NCBI GenBank assembly: GCA_033763315.1
Contig: JANRKS010000006.1
Location: forward strand, 64,001-128,000
DNA from: Deltaproteobacteria bacterium
GTDB taxonomy: Bacteria; Myxococcota_A; Polyangia; Fen-1088
Length of the DNA: 64,000 nt
Direction: 5' to 3'
The notes under the pieces are model-generated. The model ran no database searches. It saw only the letters and a program-made list of their open reading frames with translations, and was not told the DNA's origin. Shown in pieces: positions 9,338 to 19,144 of this stretch (position 1 is its first letter; every line of letters begins with the position of its first letter). The position numbers and the translations under genes were made by a program.

Positions 9338-10755
9338 GTCAGCAACTCCGTGATGGGTCCCGTGCTCTTGTCGGCGTCGCCAAACGTCGTCAGATTCACC
9401 CCCATGGCCTTCGCCAGTGTGAGATGTAGATCATTGAAGCGTCTGGTTTTGCCACCACCGTTATACTGGTGAGCCAAACGAACGTGCCGGCCAGCCCGCA
9501 GTGTGCCGCCTCCTGAACCAGCGATAAGGATCGGACAGCTGCGTGCTGTGTGTGCCCCACCGTGGTTCATCGAGGTCAAGAACACGGCCATCATGTCGTC
9601 GAAGGCACCAAAATCTTTGAGTCGTTGAACCAACACGCCAAACTGTTCCAGGCTCCATTTGGCCACAGCCCGCCACCCCTCCGCGTACTTCGCTTGTTCG
9701 GGCCATTTGCCCTCTTGTGCCTCGAAGTGCGAGGCGTCGTGCCACCGCCACGAGGGCAATCCGATCCAAGGGAACGTGAGGTTGTTGGCTTCGGTTCCAA
9801 ATTGGAAGGTGCCGATGCGTGTAAGGTCGCATGCAAAAGCCATCGCCATCAGATCGATCTGCTGCTTCATGATGAAGGGCGTGTCCTCGATCGCTTCAAG
9901 TTCGTCCCCATCGTACAAGCCTTTGCCGTGTGAAGGGCTGATGGAGCTGGTTTTCTCTGGTGGGTTGCATCCCTGCTGGGCGCCCGTGCCCAACCGGCTT
10001 TCTAGTTCGCGAAACGAAGTGAGGTATTGATCAACCTTGGCTTTGTCTGCCGCACCAAGCTTCGCCTTCAACCCGTTGGCCTGCGACAAAGCCGCGTCCA
10101 AAACCGATTGCTTCTTTGCGCGGAGCTTCTGCGCCTGGCCCGGATCCGCTGACACATCGGCAAACACGCGCTCCCAAAGCTTGATCGGGTTGTCGGTGGC
10201 AGGAACCGCCTGCGATTTCGATAGCCAGGAGATCGCCTGCCCTTGATTCGAGCCACCGTTGTGCACCCCCGCATGCATCGTCTTAAAGCGCGTGCTTGGA
10301 TTCAACTTCTGCGCAATCACCTGATCGATGGAGATCATGTTGCTTGGTGACTTTTCGTATGTGTCGGTGCCCGTCAAGGTTGTGCTGTACGCGGGATGGT
10401 TTCCACCCGAGTTGTCTAACCCCTCAACGAACGTCAGTTCGCTACGATGAGGCTCGAGCGCCTTGAGCATCTCGGGCAGCACATATTTGTCGTTGTCCAT
10501 CGCGCCCGGTCCGCTCCACGCGATTTCCCTCATCGGATCCGTGCGGTAGTTGTACTCTTTGGCTCCAGGTGCGGCCGGCCAAAAGACGTCGGCGTAGATT
10601 GAAAGCGGCTGCATCCAAAACAGCAGTTTTTTTGCGGGGGCTGCCTGGGCTTGTTTTCCCAAGGGCGTCATGGCCTCCAAGAAGGGCAAGGCCAAGGAGA
10701 AGCCGGCGCCACCGCGTAGCAGGGTTCGTCGAGACAGAGAAGGCGTACGTTTCAT
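9334..10755 (-). CDS. DUF1552 family Tat-exported protein, pair 2
   Basis: LSRRTLLRGGAGFSLALPFLEAM, SIDQVIA, SVLD, FRELE, AFACDLTRI, WHDASH; ATGA overlap with the downstream gene. Confidence 0.93.
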   Translation of the reverse strand: MKRTPSLSRRTLLRGGAGFSLALPFLEAMTPLGKQAQAAPAKKLLFWMQPLSIYADVFWPAAPGAKEYNYRTDPMREIAWSGPGAMDNDKYVLPEMLKALEPHRSELTFVEGLDNSGGNHPAYSTTLTGTDTYEKSPSNMISIDQVIAQKLNPSTRFKTMHAGVHNGGSNQGQAISWLSKSQAVPATDNPIKLWERVFADVSADPGQAQKLRAKKQSVLDAALSQANGLKAKLGAADKAKVDQYLTSFRELESRLGTGAQQGCNPPEKTSSISPSHGKGLYDGDELEAIEDTPFIMKQQIDLMAMAFACDLTRIGTFQFGTEANNLTFPWIGLPSWRWHDASHFEAQEGKWPEQAKYAEGWRAVAKWSLEQFGVLVQRLKDFGAFDDMMAVFLTSMNHGGAHTARSCPILIAGSGGGTLRAGRHVRLAHQYNGGGKTRRFNDLHLTLAKAMGVNLTTFGDADKSTGPITELLT

Positions 10756-10797
10756 GAAGATGTGTCCTTTCGTGACGGAAGGCCGTTACACCAAGTG

Positions 10798-12513
10798 CTA
10801 GTTACTCAAGGCGCGCTTCCAGAATGCGGGGTCTGAAAATCTGCGCACCAATCCCCCTCGTACCCCCTCATTTCGGAGATCCTCCACAAACGCTGCGTCC
10901 GCCGCACACGATCCTCCCTCCTGCAAGCCGCGACCTGCGATGAATGCTTCGAGTTTGCGCGCGAAACATGTGTGCGCGCGAGGCTGTTCAAGCACAACCT
11001 TGGCAAGACCGCGTGCGCCTTCGAAACTGAACTTTTGGTCGCCTTCCGCCAGGAAACCTGTGACGTCCAGCGATTTCTTCGCTCGCGCGTCCGTGGTCCG
11101 GTAGGCGCCGACACCATCAAACTTTTCAAGGCCGAAGCCCAAGGGATCCATAAGGTCGTGGCACAGGGCGCATCGTGGATTCTCGGCGTGAGCCACCAAG
11201 CGCTCGCGATGGGTCAGCACGCCGTCGGGCGGCAACGGAAACGCATTGACGTCTGCGGGGGGCGAAGGCAATTCATCGCAAAGCAGTTGCTCCCTCACAA
11301 AGCGACCGCGACGAATGATGTCGGTATCATTTTGCAAGCCGTGCGTGGCAAGGAACGCGCCTAACGTCAAAAGACCAGAGCGGCCCTGTGCGGCCGTGTC
11401 CGCCTTGGCCCATGTTCCATCATCCGCACCACCCTGCAGTCCATAAAATGTTCCCAGACGTTTGTTCAAAAAGGTGTGCGGCGCTGTTAGCAAGGTCTCC
11501 AAGCGTCCATCGCCGCGCCAAATAGCCTCTTTCACGAACGCTCTGAACTCGGACAACATGTCCGCGCGGATGTCGTTTGTGAATTTCGGATACGTCCCTT
11601 CATCCTTGGCAACCGACGTCACCGCTTGCACGTCCATGGTCTCATCGAAATACCTCTGCAGCGCGCCGCCAGCCTCCGCGGCCGCCAGCAACCGCGTTGC
11701 TTGCTTGGCCAAGCCTTCCTTCGAATCCAATTCGCCCTTCTTTGCAGATTCGAGAAGCTCAGCGTCGGGTGGCGAATCCAATAGGGTAAAAGATAAAAAC
11801 GAGGCCTTCTCGTATCCCGTCAGCTCCACCTTGCCGCCATCGGCCTTCGCGCCTAACTCGAATCTGAACAGTGTGTTGGGCGAGAGCAGGATGGCTTGGG
11901 TCAGCTGACGAAACGCCACGTCTGCGCCGTCGATCGCCTTTTCGGCGCTGTAATAGCTCACGTAACTGTCCACCTCTTCAGACGTTGGAGGCCGACGAAA
12001 GGCCTTGAGCGCCAGGCGTTCGATGGCCTGCTTCACGCAATCGTTCGATGGTGCGCCTTCCAAACAAGCGTTGATTGACTTGCGCGCCGTAAACACCGCG
12101 CTGGCCTGCGTTCCCAGCTTGTCCACCAGTGCTTCGACGTGCGGCACGGTGAGCGCCAATCCCGAAGCGGTGCCACGATCGGTAACAAACGGCTCAAGCG
12201 CCTTGGCCACATCTTTGGCGCCTGTGTTCACCGTCTTGAGCACATTCTCAAGCTGAACAGGCGTGAGCCGCCAAAGCCGTTGTGGCAACGGGCCACAAGC
12301 GTTCATCTCATCAGGCGTGCCGGAGCCGCCTGCAGCGTTTCCTCCGCGGCCGTTCGATCCACCGCTCGATCCCCCATCGCCTTTGCCGTCGTCCTGATCA
12401 TCATCGCCTTGCCCTGTTTGATTGCCTATAGAGCCTGTGCAAGCCACGAACGCGATGAGACACAGGGCAAATGTGGTGCGGACGGTCTGCGCGAATAATG
12501 TGACGTGGCTCAT
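10798..12513 (-). CDS. DUF1592/DUF1588 family lipoprotein with CxxCH, pair 3
   Basis: Lipobox FVAC; LWRLT, ILLSPNTLFRFE, RSGLLT, RGRFVREQLLC, CALCH, LEKFDGVG. Confidence 0.92.
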   Translation of the reverse strand: MSHVTLFAQTVRTTFALCLIAFVACTGSIGNQTGQGDDDQDDGKGDGGSSGGSNGRGGNAAGGSGTPDEMNACGPLPQRLWRLTPVQLENVLKTVNTGAKDVAKALEPFVTDRGTASGLALTVPHVEALVDKLGTQASAVFTARKSINACLEGAPSNDCVKQAIERLALKAFRRPPTSEEVDSYVSYYSAEKAIDGADVAFRQLTQAILLSPNTLFRFELGAKADGGKVELTGYEKASFLSFTLLDSPPDAELLESAKKGELDSKEGLAKQATRLLAAAEAGGALQRYFDETMDVQAVTSVAKDEGTYPKFTNDIRADMLSEFRAFVKEAIWRGDGRLETLLTAPHTFLNKRLGTFYGLQGGADDGTWAKADTAAQGRSGLLTLGAFLATHGLQNDTDIIRRGRFVREQLLCDELPSPPADVNAFPLPPDGVLTHRERLVAHAENPRCALCHDLMDPLGFGLEKFDGVGAYRTTDARAKKSLDVTGFLAEGDQKFSFEGARGLAKVVLEQPRAHTCFARKLEAFIAGRGLQEGGSCAADAAFVEDLRNEGVRGGLVRRFSDPAFWKRALSN

Positions 12514-13922
12514 GCGTAAACCTCTTGCAGTGGGCCCTTGTTGATACGTGGATCGCCAAACGAGGTTACGTCCGCCCCCACCGCGCGGGCTATCGACACA
12601 AAGAAATCGGATACGGAATGGACGGGGTGCTCTTTGTTGATCTGCGGCTTGAAGCCGGAGTCCCCAGGGGTCACGAGGGTCATGCGTGGGTCGCCGCTTG
12701 TGATCTTGCTGGTGGGAAGTTGAACGAGACGCCCTGTTTTCAAGGCACCTTTGAGATCGCCCACGGTGATAAACAGATAGTCGCTTTGCCCGCCATGATG
12801 TTGGCCGCCCGAGTTGTTCATGAAAACAATGAGCGTGCTATCCGCTAACGTTCCGCTGCCATCGGATATGCGCTCCAATTGCCCCCGAAGGTAGGCCATG
12901 CTCTTCGCGGAATAGTTGTGGAATGCCTTGTGGTGCTCCATAGTCGCGCCGCCGTGCCACATGCCGTGCTGCCCTGGGTAGTTGGGCTTTCCCTCGCTGT
13001 TGTGCCAAACGCCTAAGAAGGGCATGCCTCCCGTGTTGTGGGCGATCACGCCGACCTGGGTGAAGCCGCACCCCATCGCCTGTGTCATGATGTCGGCGAT
13101 CACCTGCGGCCGATCTGGGTTGGCATACTTCCCTTTCAGTGCGGCGGGATCGGGCGCTTTGGGCGATGTGCAAGAAAGTTGAGCGGTTGCAACGTCCTTG
13201 AGCTTCGCTTCGATCTCGCGCAAGGACGTCATATACTGTTCAAGCTTGGCCTTCTCTGTTGACGCCAGGTTGTTTGAGGCCTTCTTGATATCGGAGACCA
13301 CGAAATCAAGCAGGCTCTTCTTCTGCCGCAAAAGCGCGGCCGCAGCGCCCTGGTTGCCGCCCGCAGGATCAGCCGGTGTGGTTTTGCCGAAGATCGAAGC
13401 GAAGGCGGCTACGGGATCTTGTTGGATGGCGAACGGAGCCAAGGGGCCATCGCTGCTGTAAGTGAGGGAAAAGTCGTCGTCCTCATCACCCGGCCAAACG
13501 GCCAAGTTGATCGAAGATATGGGGGCGTCTTTGCCCGCTGTTTTGGCGATGACGCGGTCGATTGAAGGGCCAAGCGGTGCCGTTTTGACACCTTCAAGCG
13601 GCTTTCGATCCATGGCGGTGAGTGGCCATAGGTTTCCGTGCAAGTGGTGCCCGAAGGGGTTGTACATGTGCTGCACAACCGTCGTTTGTGACTTGTAAGG
13701 GTCAAGCGGCGAAAACCCCTTCAAATCAAGACCCCCGCCGGAGGCCACCGGACGCATCTCGTCCGTAATGCCGATGCGATCAATGAAGAAGATGACGCGC
13801 CGTTTGGTGGTGGTGGCGCCCATCGCGGGCCGGATGGCCTGCTTTAGCATGGGGGAAAGAAGCCAGGCGCCCGCGCCAAGGCCCATCGCGGAAACAAAAC
13901 CTCTTCGTTTGAGAAGATACAT
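12510..13922 (-). CDS. DUF1552 family Tat-exported protein, pair 3
   Basis: LKRRGFVSAMG Tat motif; SIDRVIA, KSLLDFV, LREIE, AMGCGFTQV, QHGMWH. Start placed at ATG 13922 (track uses TTG 13943). Confidence 0.88.
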   Translation of the reverse strand: MYLLKRRGFVSAMGLGAGAWLLSPMLKQAIRPAMGATTTKRRVIFFIDRIGITDEMRPVASGGGLDLKGFSPLDPYKSQTTVVQHMYNPFGHHLHGNLWPLTAMDRKPLEGVKTAPLGPSIDRVIAKTAGKDAPISSINLAVWPGDEDDDFSLTYSSDGPLAPFAIQQDPVAAFASIFGKTTPADPAGGNQGAAAALLRQKKSLLDFVVSDIKKASNNLASTEKAKLEQYMTSLREIEAKLKDVATAQLSCTSPKAPDPAALKGKYANPDRPQVIADIMTQAMGCGFTQVGVIAHNTGGMPFLGVWHNSEGKPNYPGQHGMWHGGATMEHHKAFHNYSAKSMAYLRGQLERISDGSGTLADSTLIVFMNNSGGQHHGGQSDYLFITVGDLKGALKTGRLVQLPTSKITSGDPRMTLVTPGDSGFKPQINKEHPVHSVSDFFVSIARAVGADVTSFGDPRINKGPLQEVYA

Positions 13923-14282
13923 CTTCGATTTTTTCTCCGGCAAGTGTGGAAGCGGCCAATGCTCGAGTAAGCAAGTGTCGCGGCCGGAGCCAAAGAAGGG
14001 TCAAAGTGAGGATGAAATTTTGCGAGGGCTCTAGTGCGGGGAAGCAAATGCGAGCAACACCGCCCCGGGGCCAAACGGGGGCAGCGACGGAAATTTGACG
14101 GTGCCAGGCGCAATGATGGGCAGCGCTTCAGTTGACGCAGCAGCGGGAGGGCTCGGTGGGGGAGGGCAGACGGCCGCGGGCGGCATCACCGCGGAACCAT
14201 AGCTGCCTCGCCCTCACTCAGTAGCAGTCGCCAAGCCTGGACTGTGGCGACATGGGTTTATCCTCATTGTTGACCCACAAAT

Positions 14283-16358
14283 CTAGGGGCAGTGATCCGC
14301 GTATGGCGCTTCACCGTAGCGAAGCGGGCGCCGTTCGCACGCGGCGTCGATTGCGGCCTCATACTCGTCCACGATACGTTTCGTTAGTTCGATGGTCGCA
14401 GGCGATTCATGCTTCTCGGCGAAGGCAATCGGCATTGTGTTGCGGTAGATCGGCCGCATCGCGGACTTGTCACTGACCTTGCCGGTTCTCTGGATATGCT
14501 CGGTGGCCAAGAGCGCCATCATGCGAAATGTGTTGCCCGCGAGGACTTTGTAAAGCGCGAGAGCCTCGGGGGCTTGGGGCATCTTGTTCAATTCGATGCC
14601 GCGGTTGTAGGCCATGTAGTATCCGTACGTGTGCGCCCAGAAGTGATCAATGCCCTGCTCGAGCTCCTGTTTTTGGGTGGGATCCTCGTACTCATAAGCT
14701 GCGGCCAGGTTCTTGCGGAAGCGATGGTAAACCAAGTGATTGTAGTAGCCGCGCTCGTACAACTCGCCCGTAAAGTATTCCGACACCTTCGTTGAGTTGC
14801 TGCCATTGGTTCGGTAAAGGGTTTTGTCGAAGAACCACCCTACCCAGAACCACGAGACTTTCAGATCGTTCAACATCACGCGTGGATCCAACGAGTGATC
14901 AAGCTTCTCGACCGCGTCGGGCGGTAAACCCAAGCACGTGTTCCAGCTGCCCTTGCAATCTTTGGGAAAGAACACACTGCTCTTCGTGCGCGCCAAGTCG
15001 CCCAGCTCCCAAATGCTGTTCCGCCCTGGAAAAGGTGCGGCGCTCATGTTTGTCAGCCCAGGACGGCCTCGCATTTCTTCAAGGAATTGGTGTTGCGCGA
15101 ACACGACCGAGTCGTATTTGAGTTGATAGGACTTGTACGCAAACTCGTCGTGATCGTTGAAGTCGGCAGCTTTTGGGTCTACTTTCACAACACCCGTAAG
15201 CTTCGTCAGCGTTTCGCGCGCGTCTTGGATGGGCCAAAGCGTTTCCCACGAGGGATTGGCGATGTACTTGTCATGCAATTCATAAAGCTTCGCTTCGGCA
15301 GCCTTATCGACCGGAATGTGAGGCCGATCGGGAATCCACTCGTTGAGGGTGCCGTGTTCCTTGCCATGGTGAATGTCCTCGGTCCAACGATTGAGCGGCA
15401 CACCAATGGGGAAGGTGCGGGGGTTGATGGCTAGCAGCTCATCTTTGGCTTTGAGCGCCTTGGCCTTGGTGTCAAGCACTCCATCAAACAAGGTGGGAGC
15501 CGCTTGTTTTAGGTTCAGGCCGAATTTGTGATCGCGCTCGGCCGGTGTGGCGCCTGCGAGCACCTGGCCGCCTGGCTGAAATGGACGAAAATCAAGGAAC
15601 TTTTTGGGTCCCGCGATGCCGTACTTGGCGCGAATCGCGTGCACGAAGTCGATCACAGCGCGCGTTTGCTCCTCAGAAATGTGCTTGAGGGCACGACGGA
15701 AGATGGTGGCGTCGTCGTAGCCGATGTACGCGAGATCAACGGGCATGGGGCCATGGCAGCTGGCACACGCCGCACCTTCGTGATCGGGGGCACGCCATTC
15801 TTTGAGGCCGCGTGCGAAAGCCGAAGCAATCGCCCCTTCGTCAAGCATGCTGAGGTCGTTGCATCCCATTGTCTTGTCGGCGGTGACGGTTTTGCCAACA
15901 AGCGTTGCGTAGATCTGCAAGATCTCGCTTTCTGACAGTTGTTCTGCAGAAAACGACGGCATCACACCTGCCACGCTGCCGTCTTTGCCTTCACGAATGA
16001 TCTTCGCGAACGTATCGTAGCCCTTGTCCTCACGCAGGGAGGGGAACTTGCCAACGCCTTTGCCTTCAGCGCCGTGGCATCCTGCGCAATTAAGCGCGAA
16101 GGCGCCTGCCAACACCGTAGGTTCCGGTTTGACCTCGCTGCCTTTTTCTATGCAAACACGTTTGGCCGGCGCAGGCGCCGATGGCGTACCGCCGGTTTTG
16201 CCACCACCGCCTTGACTGGGTCCACCTGACCCAGCTTGGCTGCCACCTTCCCCGTTGCCGCCGCCATCGTCGCGATCGCCAGATACCCGCCCACCGGCAC
16301 AGGCTTGTGCCAACGCAACCGTAACCGCCAAGAGGACAACGCGCCGCCCATTCGGCAT
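14283..16358 (-). CDS. Diheme c-type cytochrome lipoprotein with a large uncharacterised C-terminal domain
   Basis: Lipobox AQAC, Gly linker, CAGCH...VMPSF (class I cytochrome c with distal Met), second CASCH. Alternative start 16427. Confidence 0.8.
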   Translation of the reverse strand: MPNGRRVVLLAVTVALAQACAGGRVSGDRDDGGGNGEGGSQAGSGGPSQGGGGKTGGTPSAPAPAKRVCIEKGSEVKPEPTVLAGAFALNCAGCHGAEGKGVGKFPSLREDKGYDTFAKIIREGKDGSVAGVMPSFSAEQLSESEILQIYATLVGKTVTADKTMGCNDLSMLDEGAIASAFARGLKEWRAPDHEGAACASCHGPMPVDLAYIGYDDATIFRRALKHISEEQTRAVIDFVHAIRAKYGIAGPKKFLDFRPFQPGGQVLAGATPAERDHKFGLNLKQAAPTLFDGVLDTKAKALKAKDELLAINPRTFPIGVPLNRWTEDIHHGKEHGTLNEWIPDRPHIPVDKAAEAKLYELHDKYIANPSWETLWPIQDARETLTKLTGVVKVDPKAADFNDHDEFAYKSYQLKYDSVVFAQHQFLEEMRGRPGLTNMSAAPFPGRNSIWELGDLARTKSSVFFPKDCKGSWNTCLGLPPDAVEKLDHSLDPRVMLNDLKVSWFWVGWFFDKTLYRTNGSNSTKVSEYFTGELYERGYYNHLVYHRFRKNLAAAYEYEDPTQKQELEQGIDHFWAHTYGYYMAYNRGIELNKMPQAPEALALYKVLAGNTFRMMALLATEHIQRTGKVSDKSAMRPIYRNTMPIAFAEKHESPATIELTKRIVDEYEAAIDAACERRPLRYGEAPYADHCP

Positions 16359-16521
16359 CGGAGCGCCCTGTGTACTCGTGGCTAAAGAGATTCCCCAGGT
16401 TTGACTTGGCGTGAACTGCTTATCCATGGTCGTGGTCTGTGAGTGACATCAGGGTCGAAGTTGTTTCAAAAAGACTGAAAACTCGAACTCATGACGAGTG
16501 GAGGACCTCAGGCCGCTGCCG

Positions 16522-17853
16522 TCACGAAGGTGGGCACTCGTCCAAGAATGTGCCCCCGGAGGGGTAGGGAACAAGGACGAGGTTAACGCTTTCGGGAAGG
16601 GCATCGAGAAAGGCCTGGGGAAGGTCCTTCTCGGGGGCATTGGGGTCGCCTACCTCAAGCTGAACAACCTTAAGCGTTGGCAGCTTGGTGAGGTATTCAA
16701 GCGCGCCCTCGTAGACATAGGGACGCTTGGCGGACTGGGCGGTCACGCGCACCTGGCGAATGTTCTTGTGACCCGCGAATGCGCGGAAGGACGTGAGGTT
16801 TAGCGCCCCCTTCGCGTTGTGCTTAAGCTCAAGACAACGCAGGTTCGGCATTTGGCTGAGAAACGCAGCGATTTGGTCATCGTTCATGGTTGTGCGATGA
16901 ATCTGCAGGTCTTCCACACGCTTGGCTGCTTTGAGGAATTCGAGCGCCTCCGGACCTGCAGATCCGTTGTCGAGAACGAGGCGCGTTAAGTTCGGCATCG
17001 CAGGCAGTTCGTTCACCAGCGTGCCCGCAAGTGAGAAGTTGTGTTTGATTTCGAGCGCTGTCAGATCTGGGTGAACTTTCAGATACCTGATGAAGGCCTT
17101 CGTAGCGCCACCTTTGACGTCCATGTAATGAAAGCGCGCTTCACGTAAAGCCGCCATCTTTTCGAGAAACGCGAGCCCCGCGTCGGAGACATCCTGCGCT
17201 TCGATATGAACGCTCTGCAGTTTGTGGAAGGTGGTCACCTTCGATATCAACGCGTCTGAGACGTTGCCCGCCGCTGTGTTCTTGTTCCACATCTTGATGC
17301 GGGTGACGTTGCCGGCGGGGTCACGATCCACCTCAAACTGCGCGACCTTGCTTTTTAGTTGGTTGATAAGGTCATCTTGTGCGGCAACCGTCGACACAGG
17401 CAGTGCAGGCACATTCGTTTTTGAAACCAGCGGTGGAAGAGGTCCGGTGAAGATGACCAAGCCTCCTGCGGCGCCTCCCATAGGGAATGAGCTACCGCCT
17501 TGGCCAGCCGGTGCGGGTTGCCCGCCAGCGCCACCTGCAGCTGTGCCGGCCATGCCTCCTGAGGCGCCGGCCGTGCCTCCGCTCGTCTGTCCACCTACGC
17601 TTGGCGTTGCGCCACCTAGGCCGCCGTTTCCACCGGCGTTTTGCGATCCCCCGGTACCGCCTTTCTCATTTGGGTTAGGGGAGCTCACGCCGCCTTCTCC
17701 GCCTGTCTTGCCGTCAACGTCGTCTGACGCGCTCTCCGTGTCGGAAGTTCGGCAAGCGGAAGCGTAAAGCAGGCCCAGCCCGGCGGCGAGCATGACGAGA
17801 CGCTGCCTACGCCCAAGAATTATGCACAGGCTTGCGGCGTTGGCCGGCGGCAT
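16522..17853 (-). CDS. Leucine-rich repeat lipoprotein
   Basis: Lipobox ASAC, Gly linker, repeats such as KLQSVHIE..VSDAGLAFL, NLTRLVLD, NLRCLEL. Confidence 0.75.
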   Translation of the reverse strand: MPPANAASLCIILGRRQRLVMLAAGLGLLYASACRTSDTESASDDVDGKTGGEGGVSSPNPNEKGGTGGSQNAGGNGGLGGATPSVGGQTSGGTAGASGGMAGTAAGGAGGQPAPAGQGGSSFPMGGAAGGLVIFTGPLPPLVSKTNVPALPVSTVAAQDDLINQLKSKVAQFEVDRDPAGNVTRIKMWNKNTAAGNVSDALISKVTTFHKLQSVHIEAQDVSDAGLAFLEKMAALREARFHYMDVKGGATKAFIRYLKVHPDLTALEIKHNFSLAGTLVNELPAMPNLTRLVLDNGSAGPEALEFLKAAKRVEDLQIHRTTMNDDQIAAFLSQMPNLRCLELKHNAKGALNLTSFRAFAGHKNIRQVRVTAQSAKRPYVYEGALEYLTKLPTLKVVQLEVGDPNAPEKDLPQAFLDALPESVNLVLVPYPSGGTFLDECPPS

Positions 17854-17973
17854 GAATCACTCCTCGAACAAAAGAGGGTCGTCACCTTAATGCGCAAGTA
17901 TGGGATGTTTGCCGCGGAGGCACAGTTGACACTACTCAATCAAACGGAGCCGGCCGAACCGTGGCCCCGCTCT

Positions 17974-19140
17974 CTACGGGACAGCTCGATCCGGCGCCGC
18001 GGCGCCAGTCAATCGCTTGATGTAGGCCACTTCGTTGGGATCGTAAGGCCGTCCGTCAGGATGCAAGATGTCGTGAAACCAAACGTCCGGTGGATTTGTG
18101 TAGGTGCGGGTCCACGAGTCCCACGGGTAGTTCGTTTGCGTTTTCCCCGCAACAAAGCCCCAACAGTAGGCTGCCACGTTGTTTCGCTTTAAGATTTCGA
18201 GACACGGATCGAACAAACTTTGTTGCCCGCGTGCCATGAATTCGGTGCACAGCAACGGGCGGCCATAGCGCCGAAGCTGGAAGATCTTTTCCTCCAGTCG
18301 CTTCGGCGGATCATAAGAATGAAAGCTGATAACGTCTGACTCAGCCACCATTAGCTTTTGCAACGGGCGCAAAGCTGCATCGTTTGACCAGTCGCCGTTC
18401 CAAAGGCCCGCTGTCAGGGGCTGCGTGGGGCGCGCGGCCTTGGCCCAACCGAAAGCCGCACGCAACAGGTCCATCGCGCGGGCCTCCTTGTCGTGGATCT
18501 CCCGTTTGGCGTAGCTTTTCTTGTTGGCGTTGTTGGGCTCGTTGAAGATGTCCCAACCGTGAACGCGGTTGTCGTTGCGAAAGGCGCCCACAACACCTCT
18601 TACATAAGCTTGCAAAGAGTTGTGCCGTTGGGGCGCCCCCAAAATGGCGGCGCCGGGGCTCTGTAGCCATCCGGGATTGTGTACGTGAGGTCGGGGCGGC
18701 GCTTGCTTGCCCAGCTGAGGTTGTGGATTCCAAACACCATCGAAAAGCACGAACAACACACCAATCTTGTGACGATGTGCCACCGTCAAGAATTGGTCCA
18801 CGCGCGCAAGGAAGGCCTCTCGATCCTGCCACAACAGATCATGCAAGAACACACGAACGCTGTTAAAGCCGAGCGCCTCTGCCCAACCAAGCTCGCGCTC
18901 AATCGTGGCCAAGTCGAACGAGTCGGCCTGCCACATCTCAAGTTGGTTCACGGCGTTGCTCGGTATGAAATTGCAACCGGCCAACCAACCGGTTCGCTTG
19001 AGCCATTGCGCTGCCGTGGCAGGGGGCCACGCAGCGTGTGCAGCGTATGGCATCTGCGCGAAAGCGGTGCTGGCCACTGCGGCTTGCAGTGACTGGCGCA
19101 AGAACGTGCGTCTTGAAGAGGGGAGGCGTTTGTCCTGCAT
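17974..19140 (-). CDS. Tat-secreted GH-A clan (GH5-like) glycoside hydrolase
   Basis: SRRTFLRQ Tat signal; GCNFIPSNAVNQLEMWQ, GFNSVRVFLH, WDIFNEP (acid/base), SFHSY, CTEF (nucleophile). Confidence 0.88.
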   Translation of the reverse strand: MQDKRLPSSRRTFLRQSLQAAVASTAFAQMPYAAHAAWPPATAAQWLKRTGWLAGCNFIPSNAVNQLEMWQADSFDLATIERELGWAEALGFNSVRVFLHDLLWQDREAFLARVDQFLTVAHRHKIGVLFVLFDGVWNPQPQLGKQAPPRPHVHNPGWLQSPGAAILGAPQRHNSLQAYVRGVVGAFRNDNRVHGWDIFNEPNNANKKSYAKREIHDKEARAMDLLRAAFGWAKAARPTQPLTAGLWNGDWSNDAALRPLQKLMVAESDVISFHSYDPPKRLEEKIFQLRRYGRPLLCTEFMARGQQSLFDPCLEILKRNNVAAYCWGFVAGKTQTNYPWDSWTRTYTNPPDVWFHDILHPDGRPYDPNEVAYIKRLTGAAAPDRAVP

Positions 19141-19144
19141 AATC

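Noticed and set aside
14160-14215. GC-rich potential stem-loop downstream of the diheme cytochrome gene
   Set aside because: Imperfect pairing, no U-tract, expected by chance at this GC content.
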